Origin: Candidatus Poribacteria bacterium
Lineage (GTDB): Bacteria > Poribacteria > WGA-4E > WGA-3G
NCBI GenBank assembly: GCA_965205015.1
Contig: OZ242029.1
Location: 3,968,001 to 4,032,000, forward strand
Direction: 5' to 3'
Length of the DNA: 64,000 bases
In this document: positions 27,143 to 37,119 of the stretch, one piece after another
How the letters are laid out: each line of letters opens with the position of its first letter
Position numbering within the stretch: the first letter of the stretch is position 1
Notes under the pieces: model-generated
Told to the model about the DNA's origin: nothing
Databases searched by the model: none
Seen by the model: only the letters and a program-made list of their open reading frames with translations
Position numbers and translations under genes: made by a program

Positions 27143-29173
27143 TCAGAAGCTCACCGTAACCCCTAACGTGGGGACAATCGGAAAGAGGGGCTCTTCTTCT
27201 ATCGCACATCCAATAACAGCATCTGTCTCTTCATCGCGTAGTTGACTAAAAGCATACTGGTCCAGATTGGTGTGGTTATACAGATTCAATATTTGGAAAT
27301 ACCAAGACAACTCCCATCGTCGATACGGGCTCCGCTTTGTAATGCGAAAATCGAGACTGTGATAGGCGGGCATCCGCGCCGAGTGTATATCACCGAACTG
27401 CCGATCACAGACAATACTGCCATCGGGTAACCTAACTTCCTTGTTAATGAGAGGCGTTCTCGGCTCACCTGTATGGAAGCGCCAGCTCAGATAGAGATAC
27501 CACGTCGGTGCGAACTGGTAACTGCTGCTAACAGCGAAAGAATGCCGCCGATCGTGTTGGCGGAAGCGTTTTGTTCCATTTGCGATCTCTTCTGCGATCC
27601 CAAATGCATAACCGAGTGTCCACGTCAAACGCGTAGATACGACATGGGTCATGAACACATCAACGCCTCTGGCATCGCCAGACTCAGGCGAGTTAAAAAC
27701 CTGATTCTGCCTTCCAAACTCACGAAGTCGGCCAACGAGATTATCAAAAGTATTGTAATAACCTTCAATACGGACCAAGAAGTTATCGACAGGGGTATAC
27801 TCAACCCCGAGGATGTAATGCACGGCTCGCTCTGCGCGTCCGACGGTTTCAATGCCATCTTCGACCGGAATTCCCATCAGGTGAACGGGTTGGTGATAAA
27901 TACCCCAAGCCCCTCGCAAGACAAGACTTTTCGTCGGTTTCACGGCAAGTGCGACGCGTGGACCGACTTCATATCGCTGAATACCTTCTTCCCGATACTG
28001 TTGGTGGAGGTAATGTCCTCCGACATTGAGCGCAAGTTTGGAATGGAGCTGCCACTCATCTTGGAGAAACAGATTGAATTCACTCCCCTTATCGTCAATA
28101 TCCGCGAGAATAGGCTTGTAGACGTTTATACCCGGCTGCCGTTCCTGAACATCATATTGATACTGGGCAGTCAACCAACGCCATGTGACGCCACTGCGGA
28201 AAGTGTGTTTGTCAAAAAGATTTGCCGTAAGTTCTGCTTTTGTACCGAAGAACCCGAAATTGCGATTATCAAAATCTTCTTTCCCTGTCGCTCTATCCTG
28301 ACTGGATGTGCCAGCGAAAACAAAAAGGTCGGTCCAATGCGAATCCGCAAAAATATGCCGCCACTTCGCCCAAGTTGTCGAATTGTCGTATCGGGAATCC
28401 AAGTTATTGTCTACATCGTCTACACGAATCCGATTCGTATCCCATCCGTATAAACCATTTAGCGTGATTGTATCTTTCGGCGTAACTTGATAGGTTAATT
28501 TGCTATAGATGTCAGCGTATTGCGGTTTATAGTTCTCATCAATATCCATGAGCATGAGAATCAGATCGACATACCCACGTCGGGCTGATAGCAGCCAACT
28601 CCCTTTTTTCGATAGAGGTCCCTCCAGAGTGGCTGTTGCGTTGATTAAGTCTACCCCAAAATTGGCGGAGAATGCCTCAGTGTTTGGCGTCCTCGTCGTG
28701 ATGTCAAAGACACCGGACATCTTTTCTCCGTATTCCGCAGGAAATCCGCCTATCAATAGATTGGTGTTCTGAATGAGACCTAAACCTATCAGTGAGACCG
28801 CGCCCCCGAAGTCTTGGAGGTGATAAGGATTATAGAGTTCCATCCCATCCAATCTCACTGAAATATCGTCCTTTTCGCCACCCCGCACACTGAAACGCGT
28901 GCTATAATCACTCGAAGCCACACCCGGAAAGATATGACCGGCGCGCATGACATCGTTGTCGATGAGCGGAAAACGTTCAATTTCCTGTTTAGAGAGGGAG
29001 ATTTTCGCCGACGCCCCATCGTAAATTGTAAAGCGCCCGGGCGTTACAACAATTTTCTCCAATTGCACAGGCGCGGCATCCTCTTCAGCGAGGGCAGTCA
29101 ACGGACCCATCACCCCGAAAAACAGGGCGTAAAAAGCCAAATACGCTGGTCTCAGAAAATTGGCACTGAACAT
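27143..29173 (-). CDS. TonB-dependent receptor
   Basis: LEKIVVT TonB-box-like, FSVRGG..D, GGFPAEYG..SGV plug, YHSLD, NLYN, C-terminal Phe; start chosen at MFSANF. Confidence 0.88.
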   Translation of the reverse strand: MFSANFLRPAYLAFYALFFGVMGPLTALAEEDAAPVQLEKIVVTPGRFTIYDGASAKISLSKQEIERFPLIDNDVMRAGHIFPGVASSDYSTRFSVRGGEKDDISVRLDGMELYNPYHLQDFGGAVSLIGLGLIQNTNLLIGGFPAEYGEKMSGVFDITTRTPNTEAFSANFGVDLINATATLEGPLSKKGSWLLSARRGYVDLILMLMDIDENYKPQYADIYSKLTYQVTPKDTITLNGLYGWDTNRIRVDDVDNNLDSRYDNSTTWAKWRHIFADSHWTDLFVFAGTSSQDRATGKEDFDNRNFGFFGTKAELTANLFDKHTFRSGVTWRWLTAQYQYDVQERQPGINVYKPILADIDDKGSEFNLFLQDEWQLHSKLALNVGGHYLHQQYREEGIQRYEVGPRVALAVKPTKSLVLRGAWGIYHQPVHLMGIPVEDGIETVGRAERAVHYILGVEYTPVDNFLVRIEGYYNTFDNLVGRLREFGRQNQVFNSPESGDARGVDVFMTHVVSTRLTWTLGYAFGIAEEIANGTKRFRQHDRRHSFAVSSSYQFAPTWYLYLSWRFHTGEPRTPLINKEVRLPDGSIVCDRQFGDIHSARMPAYHSLDFRITKRSPYRRWELSWYFQILNLYNHTNLDQYAFSQLRDEETDAVIGCAIEEEPLFPIVPTLGVTVSF

Positions 29174-29290
29174 TCGGTCGCACCTCAAGGCTTTAAGTTT
29201 ATATGCGCCTATATGGCAATTATAGCATACTCTGATAAATGTTGGCAATGCTTTTGGTGGTTCTTATTTTCTGCTTGGTTTATGCCAATC

Positions 29291-29317
29291 CCGCTGGCGA
29301 GGTTTCCTAACCTCGCC
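29291..29317. repeat. GGCGAGGTTAGGAAACCTCGCCAGCGG palindrome (inverted copy)
   Basis: Matches the 17500-17523 family. Confidence 0.75.
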
Positions 29318-29496
29318 GATGTAAACGCGGCAGTATATCGTAGATTTGATTGGGCGTGTTATCACTGTCAGCCTGAATACCGTGGAGATTGTGAACAATT
29401 TGCCGCCATTGTAACCACAAATTGGTTTGATCAAGACAATCAAGGAAAATAGGAAGGCTCCAGATATCGGATCGGCTTCGGAGGATATGTATCTAA

Positions 29497-29542
29497 AAAT
29501 CCGCGCAATCCGCGTAATCCGATAAATTCGCGATTCAGACAA
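29497..29542. repeat. Short AATCCGCG-type tandem repeat ending in GATTCAGACAA
   Basis: AATCCGCGC AATCCGCGT AATCCGATA AATTCGCGATTCAGACAA. Confidence 0.6.
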
Positions 29543-29616
29543 CGTGAAAATTTGACGCGTAAAAGGCTTGTATGCTAAACTATGCATCAGAATCTAATGC
29601 TATGAGGGAACAGAAT

Positions 29617-30399
29617 ATGTGCCTAACAAAATGGCAGAGCGTCGTTTTATTATGTGGGCTTACCTTCTTCTTAACAATCAGACTTAGTTTCGCCGCGGGT
29701 GGATTTGAATATCTTCCCGATGAGGCGACCCTTGGCTTGTGGCATTTTGACGGTGGCGATCTAACAGATACTTCCGATAATGCTGTTAAGGGTGAAGTCG
29801 AAGGGAAAGCCGGGTGGGATGAGAGGCAAGAATGGAACAAAGAGGCTAAACTTGGGAAATCATTTGTTTTTGATGGCAATACGGTGATCTCCCTCGGCGA
29901 AGCGAAGGTGCTTATCCCGAAAGTGGAGATCACAATTGAAGCTTGGGTTTATCCCGAAGATTTGACGGGATGGCGACTTATCTGTACGAATTGGGATGGA
30001 CCGCCCGGTGCCTATCATCTGGGAGTCCAGAACGGCATTGCTAAGTTCCACATTAATACTGAAAAAGGCGTTGCGTTCGCTGGTGCGACAAAACCGTTGG
30101 AATTAGAGGAATGGCAACACGTCGCTGGTACTTATGATTCTAACCAAATTAAACTCTATATTGATGGAAAAGAGGTTGGCGCAACGAACCATGGGGGTAA
30201 ACTACAGAGTGCTGGATTCGATGTCATTATTGGCAGCAAGAACACCCGTCAGTTTAATTGGACGGGTTTAATGGACGAAGTCCGAATCAGCGATGTCGCC
30301 AGAGAGGTTGATGTGCTAAGCCCAAATTTGGATGCACCACAGGCAGTCGAATTCTCTGAACTGACGCTGCCACTTATATGGGGATCCCTAAAAAAATAG
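29617..30399 (+). CDS. Secreted LamG-like jellyroll protein with C-terminal WG motif
   Basis: Signal peptide; GLWHFD, ITIEAWV, WQHVAGTYD, LYIDG, GLMDEVRIS; tail AVEFSELTLPLIWGSLKK. Confidence 0.88.
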   Translation: MCLTKWQSVVLLCGLTFFLTIRLSFAAGGFEYLPDEATLGLWHFDGGDLTDTSDNAVKGEVEGKAGWDERQEWNKEAKLGKSFVFDGNTVISLGEAKVLIPKVEITIEAWVYPEDLTGWRLICTNWDGPPGAYHLGVQNGIAKFHINTEKGVAFAGATKPLELEEWQHVAGTYDSNQIKLYIDGKEVGATNHGGKLQSAGFDVIIGSKNTRQFNWTGLMDEVRISDVAREVDVLSPNLDAPQAVEFSELTLPLIWGSLKK

Positions 30400-30460
30400 G
30401 GAATAAAAACGTTCGCTTTCGGAGAAGTTGGTGGGTCTCCAAAACCCACTGTGGAAAAAT

Positions 30461-32209
30461 ATGACAAAGGAAGTTAGATCCGCGCTAACACGCAGCACTG
30501 CTTTTTTACTTGAACAACACTATAAAGACCCAAACTTTGAGGGACAACTCTCCTCAAGCACGTTTCCGACCTGCGCGTATGCGTGGATCGAACTCGTCCG
30601 AGGCGAAACTCCGGATCCGGCGCTGCTCGAATGGTTTATCGCAAATCAGAACGAAGATGGCGGTTGGGGATTGGATACCGCAAATGTCTCAAATGCAGAA
30701 GCGACCCGATTTGTTCAGTTAATACTGGCGCAAACCCATCAACGTTCACCCGATACCGCCCTCCAAAAACTATTGGCTTCCGCTCCGAAATTTGAACCGC
30801 ACCTTGCCTTAGTCAAATTGGCTTATGCGGCTTTTAATCAGTTCGATTGGAACGAGTTGACGCTGTCGAAAAACGCCCTACCCCTCATGAAACTCGCAAG
30901 ACAACTGACGAAGATTCCGCTACTTGGCAGTCGATTGAAGCCGCCGAGACATCGTCTGCCGCCTGTCGCGCTTTTCAACACGCCACTGTTCGATGCCCTC
31001 TTCATTGCTGAACAACATACACTCGTGCCTGTCTTCATCATGATCGAACTGAACACGGCAAGACGCCCTGAGATGATAACCTCTCTCGCGGCATGGTTGA
31101 AAACGCACGTCCTCAGCGATGGGAGCTGGTTCCGGGTGAACTACATCACGGCGCTCTCTGTTTTAGCGCTTATTGAACTCCAAGAAAAGTGGGAAGCGGA
31201 TGAAGAAGTCGGTGAGTTTATCGAACGGGGCATCGCTTGGCTACGGACGACGCGAAATCGTGATGGCGGGTGTCGAGAGGCGTTAAACCTGAATGTGTGG
31301 GACACGGCGTTGAGCATCATTGCGCTAACAGAGGTGTACGCTACACACAATGAATCGGAGTTGCAAACCTCGCTTACAGATGAATTCACAAATAAAGTGA
31401 AACGCGCCGCACAGTGGCTCGTCGACCATCAAAATGAAGATGGTGGTTGGGCGTTTTCAGGGTTAGGTGACAGTACGCTTCCAAGCGATGCCGACGATAC
31501 TGCCCTCGGCACCCTTGCCCTGATTCGCTCCCTCCTTGTCGGTTCACCCATCGATCGCGAGGCGTTGAATAACGCAGTTCACCGCGGTATCGCATGGATA
31601 AAGACACAACAGGTACGTGATGGCAGTTGGAGCACATATCAACCCGGTCAAGGAGATGTTGGCTGCGTGAGTATCACAGCCCATGCAATTGAAGCACTCC
31701 TTGCCTTTGATCAGAGCGATATCCCTGATATACCGTATGTTCGCGAGGCGATGATTGCTGGAATCTACTGGCTCCGCAAACAAATGAATCGCGATGGATA
31801 TTGGCGAGATCTCTGGTTAGCAAAAGATACGTATGGCACCGCCTGCGCTATCGCAGCATTTGTCAAGGTCGGACTTAAAAATGTTCCCGAAGTTCAGCGG
31901 GGTGTCGCATGGCTCGAAGGCACGCAAAATGCCGATGGTGGATGGGGAGAAGATATGTTTGGCAACCCCACTGAAAGCACAGTGGAACAGACGGCATGGA
32001 GCACCTACGCACTCCTGCTTGCGAATCCCGAAAATACCGCTGCTGAACGGGGGATAGCGTTTCTGCTCAAACACCAGCGGGAAGACGGTTCATGGCTCGA
32101 AAAATGCGTCGGCATCTATTGGGAGATCATCGGTGGCTACGCCGATCCGATTTACGCCTCCGTTTTCCCGATACTTGCCCTCAACCAGATGGCAATCAGC
32201 AGTCAGTAG
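30461..32209 (+). CDS. Squalene-hopene cyclase-like class II terpene cyclase / prenyltransferase-repeat protein
   Basis: Multiple QW repeats (QNEDGGW, QNADGGWGE, QREDGSW), VWDTAL and DADDTA (DxDD) motif. Confidence 0.8.
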   Translation: MTKEVRSALTRSTAFLLEQHYKDPNFEGQLSSSTFPTCAYAWIELVRGETPDPALLEWFIANQNEDGGWGLDTANVSNAEATRFVQLILAQTHQRSPDTALQKLLASAPKFEPHLALVKLAYAAFNQFDWNELTLSKNALPLMKLARQLTKIPLLGSRLKPPRHRLPPVALFNTPLFDALFIAEQHTLVPVFIMIELNTARRPEMITSLAAWLKTHVLSDGSWFRVNYITALSVLALIELQEKWEADEEVGEFIERGIAWLRTTRNRDGGCREALNLNVWDTALSIIALTEVYATHNESELQTSLTDEFTNKVKRAAQWLVDHQNEDGGWAFSGLGDSTLPSDADDTALGTLALIRSLLVGSPIDREALNNAVHRGIAWIKTQQVRDGSWSTYQPGQGDVGCVSITAHAIEALLAFDQSDIPDIPYVREAMIAGIYWLRKQMNRDGYWRDLWLAKDTYGTACAIAAFVKVGLKNVPEVQRGVAWLEGTQNADGGWGEDMFGNPTESTVEQTAWSTYALLLANPENTAAERGIAFLLKHQREDGSWLEKCVGIYWEIIGGYADPIYASVFPILALNQMAISSQ

Positions 32210-32230
32210 TCAGCCATCAGTCTTTGGATA

Positions 32231-32306
32231 GAAGATGGAAAGTGTTGGGATGGAAGACTGGGAGGTTCGGGTCCCCATCCTTCCCTTCTTCCAGCCTTCC
32301 AGTCTT
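32231..32306. repeat. GGAAGACT/TTCCAGCC octamer inverted-repeat element
   Basis: TCTTCCAGCCTTCCAGTCTT at 32287-32306 equals the reverse complement of 44074-44093. Confidence 0.7.
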
Positions 32307-32347
32307 TTCTTGCCCTCTTCTACTCCAGCAACCGCTTAAGCTCAGAC

Positions 32348-33052
32348 ATGGCGAAATCTCGAAAAATATCGATTATTATCCCGATCCTGAACGAAGCAAA
32401 GATTCTGGACCAAACATTGTCTCGGCTTCAGCCTGAATTGGGACACCATGAACTTATCATCGTAGATGGTGGGAGCAGTGATAGCTCCATCCGTATCGCG
32501 GAGAAATATGGCGAGGTACGAACATCGGCGCGTGGGCGGGCAAAACAACTAAACGCCGGTGCAACGGCGGCGACAGGCGACATCCTGCTTTTCCTACATG
32601 CAGATATCTGGCTTGAACCCGGAGCATTGGCGGCAGTAGAATCAGCACTGTCGTCAGGTTACATCGGTGGCGGATTCCGTCAGAAGATAGACTGTGAGTT
32701 ATGTGATTATGGCAGGCGTATTCTTTATCGTGTGATTGAAATCGCAGGGGACATCCGCGGCACATATCTGAAGGTATTTTATGGGGATAGTGGCATTTTT
32801 TTAGCACGTGCCGACTTCGAGAAAATCGGTGGTTTTCCAGAGGTCCCGATTCTGGAAGAGATGGAATTTTCAAAAGGGTTACGGAAACTTGGCAAAACAA
32901 CCCTCGTTACCCCTTGTATCCATATCTCCGCGCGACGCTGGGAAACAAGAGGTATCGTCCGAACGACGTTAATCAATTGGCTTATTACCTTACTATATTT
33001 CCTCGGAATCTCTCCAAAGAAACTCGCGAGGTTCTATAGTCACATCCGGTAA
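32348..33052 (+). CDS. Glycosyltransferase family 2 (TIGR04283-like)
   Basis: SIIIPILNEA, VDGGSSD, GRAKQLNAGA, FLHAD, YGDSG, SARRW. Confidence 0.88.
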   Translation: MAKSRKISIIIPILNEAKILDQTLSRLQPELGHHELIIVDGGSSDSSIRIAEKYGEVRTSARGRAKQLNAGATAATGDILLFLHADIWLEPGALAAVESALSSGYIGGGFRQKIDCELCDYGRRILYRVIEIAGDIRGTYLKVFYGDSGIFLARADFEKIGGFPEVPILEEMEFSKGLRKLGKTTLVTPCIHISARRWETRGIVRTTLINWLITLLYFLGISPKKLARFYSHIR

Positions 33053-33083
33053 CAGTAACCGGACGTTAGGGAGTGCTGGCATT

Positions 33084-34049
33084 CTATTTGCGCTTTAGTT
33101 CGCCCCACACCGTTGTCAACGTGAGGGGTGTAGGTTCAACGGGCAATCTTGGATTATTAATCCAATCGGCGAAATAGTTCTCTCCGCTATGGGTGAGTTG
33201 TTGAGGTTTCCTGCGTTTCAAATCAACCTTAAAGAGTTGTTTGTGATGCCCAATACTCCTTTCATAGAGAATCTCACTACCATTTGGAGACCAAGTTGGG
33301 TGGCTAATAACAGGCTCTTTAACAACGTGCTTCACCCACATTCCATCTCTGTCCAAGATGTAGAGTGTTGTTTTATCGGTCACTATCAGGGCACCGACGT
33401 GATTCTTAGGGCGCTTGACACCCGCAAAAGCGATTTTATTGTCGGTGGGTGACCATGCCGGATGCCACATAAAGAATCCCCTTCTTGGAAGAAGGGTCGT
33501 TATGACATCGGTATTCAGATTAATAGTGCGAATGCTACCGCTGCTTAACCACCCGTAGGCTATTTCTGTCCCATCGGGGGACCAGGTAGGATGCCCGTAA
33601 TGTCCGTCTATCTGTGTCAAATGTTTCTCGGAACCTCCAGTTATTGCTGCGATTTTTATGGATTTCTCTTCAGGGACGGCGTAAGCAATTCGTTTTCCAT
33701 CCGGTGACCACGTAGGTTGTTCTCTACGGGCATTTTCGCGGAAAACACGTTGGACGTTTTTGCCATCTGGATTCATTAGGTAGAGATCGTAGAAACCATC
33801 GCGGTTAGAAACAAACAGTATTTGTTCTCCATCCGGTGACCAGGTGGGATTGAAATCCTTATCGGCGTGTTGCGTTAAATTGATTTGTCCACTGCCATCG
33901 GGATTCATGACGTAGATTTCGGGGTTGCCGTCGCGGGTTGATGTAAAGACAATTTCGCCCGTCCCGGCAGCTTTTGCCGAAATTGGGTAAAGATTCTGAC
34001 ATAATAGCATGAAGACGATAGCGAAAAAGAGTTTTAAGAAGTATCCCAT
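33084..34049 (-). CDS. TolB-like PD40 beta-propeller protein with C-terminal WG motif
   Basis: Signal peptide; five P.WSP repeats; tail LPVEPTPLTLTTVWGELKRK; GGAGG RBS. Confidence 0.88.
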   Translation of the reverse strand: MGYFLKLFFAIVFMLLCQNLYPISAKAAGTGEIVFTSTRDGNPEIYVMNPDGSGQINLTQHADKDFNPTWSPDGEQILFVSNRDGFYDLYLMNPDGKNVQRVFRENARREQPTWSPDGKRIAYAVPEEKSIKIAAITGGSEKHLTQIDGHYGHPTWSPDGTEIAYGWLSSGSIRTINLNTDVITTLLPRRGFFMWHPAWSPTDNKIAFAGVKRPKNHVGALIVTDKTTLYILDRDGMWVKHVVKEPVISHPTWSPNGSEILYERSIGHHKQLFKVDLKRRKPQQLTHSGENYFADWINNPRLPVEPTPLTLTTVWGELKRK

Positions 34050-34108
34050 CAGCAGTTCCTCCAAGGCATTAAAAAAAATGAAGCACGGTTATCCGATATC
34101 CTTAATTT

Positions 34109-37069
34109 CTATTCTTCTGAAGTTTCCGTTTCCATTTGGGTGCTCCCATTGTTCTGCCAATTGTCCGCTTTCTCCTTGAGTTTCTCGAGGTCCTCAGGGT
34201 TTTTGATGTCTACAATGTGTGGCGTAATGATGATAACAATCTCAGCGTCTTCAACAGCGTTCTCAGTGTTTTTGAAGAGTCTGCCGATGAGTGGGATGTC
34301 TCCCAAAATCGGAAGTTTGTTCTCCACCTGCTTCTGTTTCTTACGGATGATGCCACCGACGACAATCTGCTGCCCGTCCTCGACATCAATGTAGACACTG
34401 ATAGCGTTGTCATCGGTGATGGGTGCGTTGAAATCAGTAAACTCAATAAAGTTGCTGGCACTGATATTCTCAATATCCAATCCGATAGTCCGCTTGCCAT
34501 CCTCGCCTACTTGTGACTTAGCGATATAAGGCGTGAGCGAGATATTGATACCTACAGGCGGATCAATGAAATCATAGTTGAAAAGCGGTTGTGAGACGGT
34601 CTCCCCAAGGATACTCGTCGTATCAACGCTTTGGAGATACGGTATACGGCGACCGCTACTCCATGTGGCGTTCCAACTATCACGCGTCAAAAGTGATGGC
34701 GTTGAAAGGGTTTGCACCTTGTTCTCACGCATCAGCGTGTGGAGGAGTGCCATATACTCCTTGGTTGCCAAACCGAGGTTAAACCCTGAGATTTCCTGTT
34801 CAAGACCGAATTGTGTGTCGAGTTCCCCAATCAGTGGATTTCCGGGTCTCGGAGAGACACCAAAGATTTTGTTCTCTTTCGCAGTAAGTTCAATGCCGAG
34901 TTTCGTCGTTTCATCGAGTGTCACTTCGAGAATCTGGATATCGATCCAGACCTGACCTCGGACGAAGTCTAACTTCTGAATGAGTGCTTTGACCTGCGCG
35001 AAGTATCGTTGCTGCGTCGTGATAATCAGGGAATTCGTATCGGCATCCGCAAAGACGGTGACTTTTCCACGTAAGGAATTGATGTCTTGCTGTTCCTGTC
35101 TACCCCCGGAAGCAAAGAAACGGCTGAAACTAAAACCCCCGCTACCTTCCTCTCCCTCCCAGACCTGTTGAAGGACTTCTTGGAGATGATCTGCGCTCCC
35201 ATATTCAAGGCGAATGGCTTCCGTAATCTCCTTTTGCCCTGCCGGTGTCGGAACGTCCATGGAATTAATAAACTCCGTGATGAGATCAAAGTTGCGTTGT
35301 GTAGCGGTTGAGACGATGACAGCGTTGAGTGTCGGATATGGCTCGGCAGTGACGTTGCCAGCGAGTGAACCTTGGGTCTGATTGCGGTTCCGTTCCGCGA
35401 GGAAAAAGAAAAAGTTTCCCGTATTTTGTGAGCTACCTTGATAGACGTTATTGATGACAGCGGCGACGTTCTCTGCGTCGGCATATTCGAGTTTATACAT
35501 GCGAGTGCCCCACTCTTGGTCGGGCATATTGACATCGAGTCTTTTGATGAGCGCATCAATGGTTTCAAAGTTCTGTGCACTCGTCGATATAAGGATGGCA
35601 TTGAGCCGTAAATCGGCGACGAGGTGTACCTCGCCTTGGACGCCGAAACCAGTAGTGCTTTCAGTCGGTTCCCGGTCCCTGCGTCGCCACCACGGGAGGC
35701 CTCTGTCTGCGCCGGCACTTCCCCCTTCAAAGAGGTCTTGCAGACTCGGGACAAGGGTTTCCGCATCCGCGAACTTCAGAAAATAGAGTCTAATTTCTTC
35801 TTGCGTTTGTTCTTGGTCAAGTTCATTGATGACCTTCTCGATAATAGAGAAGTTGCGAGGGTCCGATGAAACGACAACGACATTGATTCGGTCGTTATGG
35901 GAAACATTGACAGTGCCGACAATGCCTTGTGCTGTATCGATACCCTGCTCGCGTTGATAGGTTCTCAATTTCGCACGATCCCAAGCGTTCATTCTGCGGC
36001 GATTATCCGGAACATCACCGGTAAGTACTTCTTGTAGGGTTTGGGCGACATCTGCAGCGGTTGCGTATTTCAGTCGGAAAGTGCGTATCTCGGTTGTGAC
36101 GTTCGGAGCAATGTCGAGTTCTTTGATAATTTCTTGGAGGAAAACAAGGTTCGCCTCGGACGCTTTGAGCACGAGTGAATTTGAGTTGACATCGGCGATA
36201 ATCTTGATTCTGCCTTGAAGCACTTCATAGCCGGTGCCATCGGCTTTCATTTCCGCTGCTGCGGCTTTTGCTTGTTCCGCATCGCCCCCGAGTCGACCGC
36301 GTTGTCCTTTGCCCTCTTCGTTTTCGCCCTCCTCTTGAAAAACGTTTGTGAGCGTTTGTGCCAACGGTTCCGCTTCAGCGTAAGTGAGCGGCACAATGAG
36401 AATCTTTAAAGGGAAGCGTTCGCCTTCATCTGCAATCTGGAGAATGGAAACAATACGGTGTATATTAGAAGCGACATCAGTAATGACGAGTGCGTTCGTA
36501 GCGGAATCTGCGAAAATATTTGCTTGTTTATTGAGAAGCGGCTTGAGTCGATCTACCTGCTCGGATGCGACAACGGTATCTAATTGGATGATGTAGGTTT
36601 GGATCTCGTCGGTCATGTCAACCCGTTCGGGGTTTGGTGGGATGCTTTTAACAATGCCTTTCGTTGCTATCGCGCGTGCGAAGGTTGTGACCAAGAGGGT
36701 GCTATCGGTTTGAATAAGCGTAAGATCATATTGCGTGAGGACGGTTTTGATTTTTTCAATGACTTCTTCAATCGTTACATTGTTGAGGTTAATCAGTGAG
36801 AATTTTTTATCCTTAATGTCTTCTTCACTCGCGATGATAGTGAGGTCGGCCTCTCGCGACAGCCATTCAAAGAGGCCTTTGAGTTCTTGGCTTGTAAAGT
36901 TAAAGTCGAACCGGATTGCGCGCCCTTGTTCGTCAGTTTCGGCGACACGCATTGTTGGTTGCTGTTCTTGCGCGTAAAGTTCAGCACACCCAACAATCAG
37001 CAATCCCAAACAAAATAGTGAAATAAGCGAAAACCGACCAGGATTATTGTGATTTATGTGATTTACCAT
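34109..37069 (-). CDS. gspD: Type II secretion secretin with extra N-domain repeats
   Basis: N0 plus six LxYAxA-type N domains; QVWIDIQILEV, LSTPSLLT, KLPILGDIPLIGRLFK, IIITPHIV. Confidence 0.92.
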   Translation of the reverse strand: MVNHINHNNPGRFSLISLFCLGLLIVGCAELYAQEQQPTMRVAETDEQGRAIRFDFNFTSQELKGLFEWLSREADLTIIASEEDIKDKKFSLINLNNVTIEEVIEKIKTVLTQYDLTLIQTDSTLLVTTFARAIATKGIVKSIPPNPERVDMTDEIQTYIIQLDTVVASEQVDRLKPLLNKQANIFADSATNALVITDVASNIHRIVSILQIADEGERFPLKILIVPLTYAEAEPLAQTLTNVFQEEGENEEGKGQRGRLGGDAEQAKAAAAEMKADGTGYEVLQGRIKIIADVNSNSLVLKASEANLVFLQEIIKELDIAPNVTTEIRTFRLKYATAADVAQTLQEVLTGDVPDNRRRMNAWDRAKLRTYQREQGIDTAQGIVGTVNVSHNDRINVVVVSSDPRNFSIIEKVINELDQEQTQEEIRLYFLKFADAETLVPSLQDLFEGGSAGADRGLPWWRRRDREPTESTTGFGVQGEVHLVADLRLNAILISTSAQNFETIDALIKRLDVNMPDQEWGTRMYKLEYADAENVAAVINNVYQGSSQNTGNFFFFLAERNRNQTQGSLAGNVTAEPYPTLNAVIVSTATQRNFDLITEFINSMDVPTPAGQKEITEAIRLEYGSADHLQEVLQQVWEGEEGSGGFSFSRFFASGGRQEQQDINSLRGKVTVFADADTNSLIITTQQRYFAQVKALIQKLDFVRGQVWIDIQILEVTLDETTKLGIELTAKENKIFGVSPRPGNPLIGELDTQFGLEQEISGFNLGLATKEYMALLHTLMRENKVQTLSTPSLLTRDSWNATWSSGRRIPYLQSVDTTSILGETVSQPLFNYDFIDPPVGINISLTPYIAKSQVGEDGKRTIGLDIENISASNFIEFTDFNAPITDDNAISVYIDVEDGQQIVVGGIIRKKQKQVENKLPILGDIPLIGRLFKNTENAVEDAEIVIIITPHIVDIKNPEDLEKLKEKADNWQNNGSTQMETETSEE

Positions 37070-37119
37070 GATGAAGAAACCTCTTATGACTGACAACTGA
37101 TGATTATACTGATGACTCA

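Noticed and set aside
27473-28453. 326-aa plus-strand ORF (also 35026-35766, 47823-48476, 48926-49546 and similar)
   Set aside because: Antisense or alternate-frame shadows of well-supported genes, with no recognisable motifs
29264-29587. 107-aa minus-strand ORF
   Set aside because: Largely translated repeats (LSESRIYRITRIARI; IGEVRKPRQR) in a divergent promoter region
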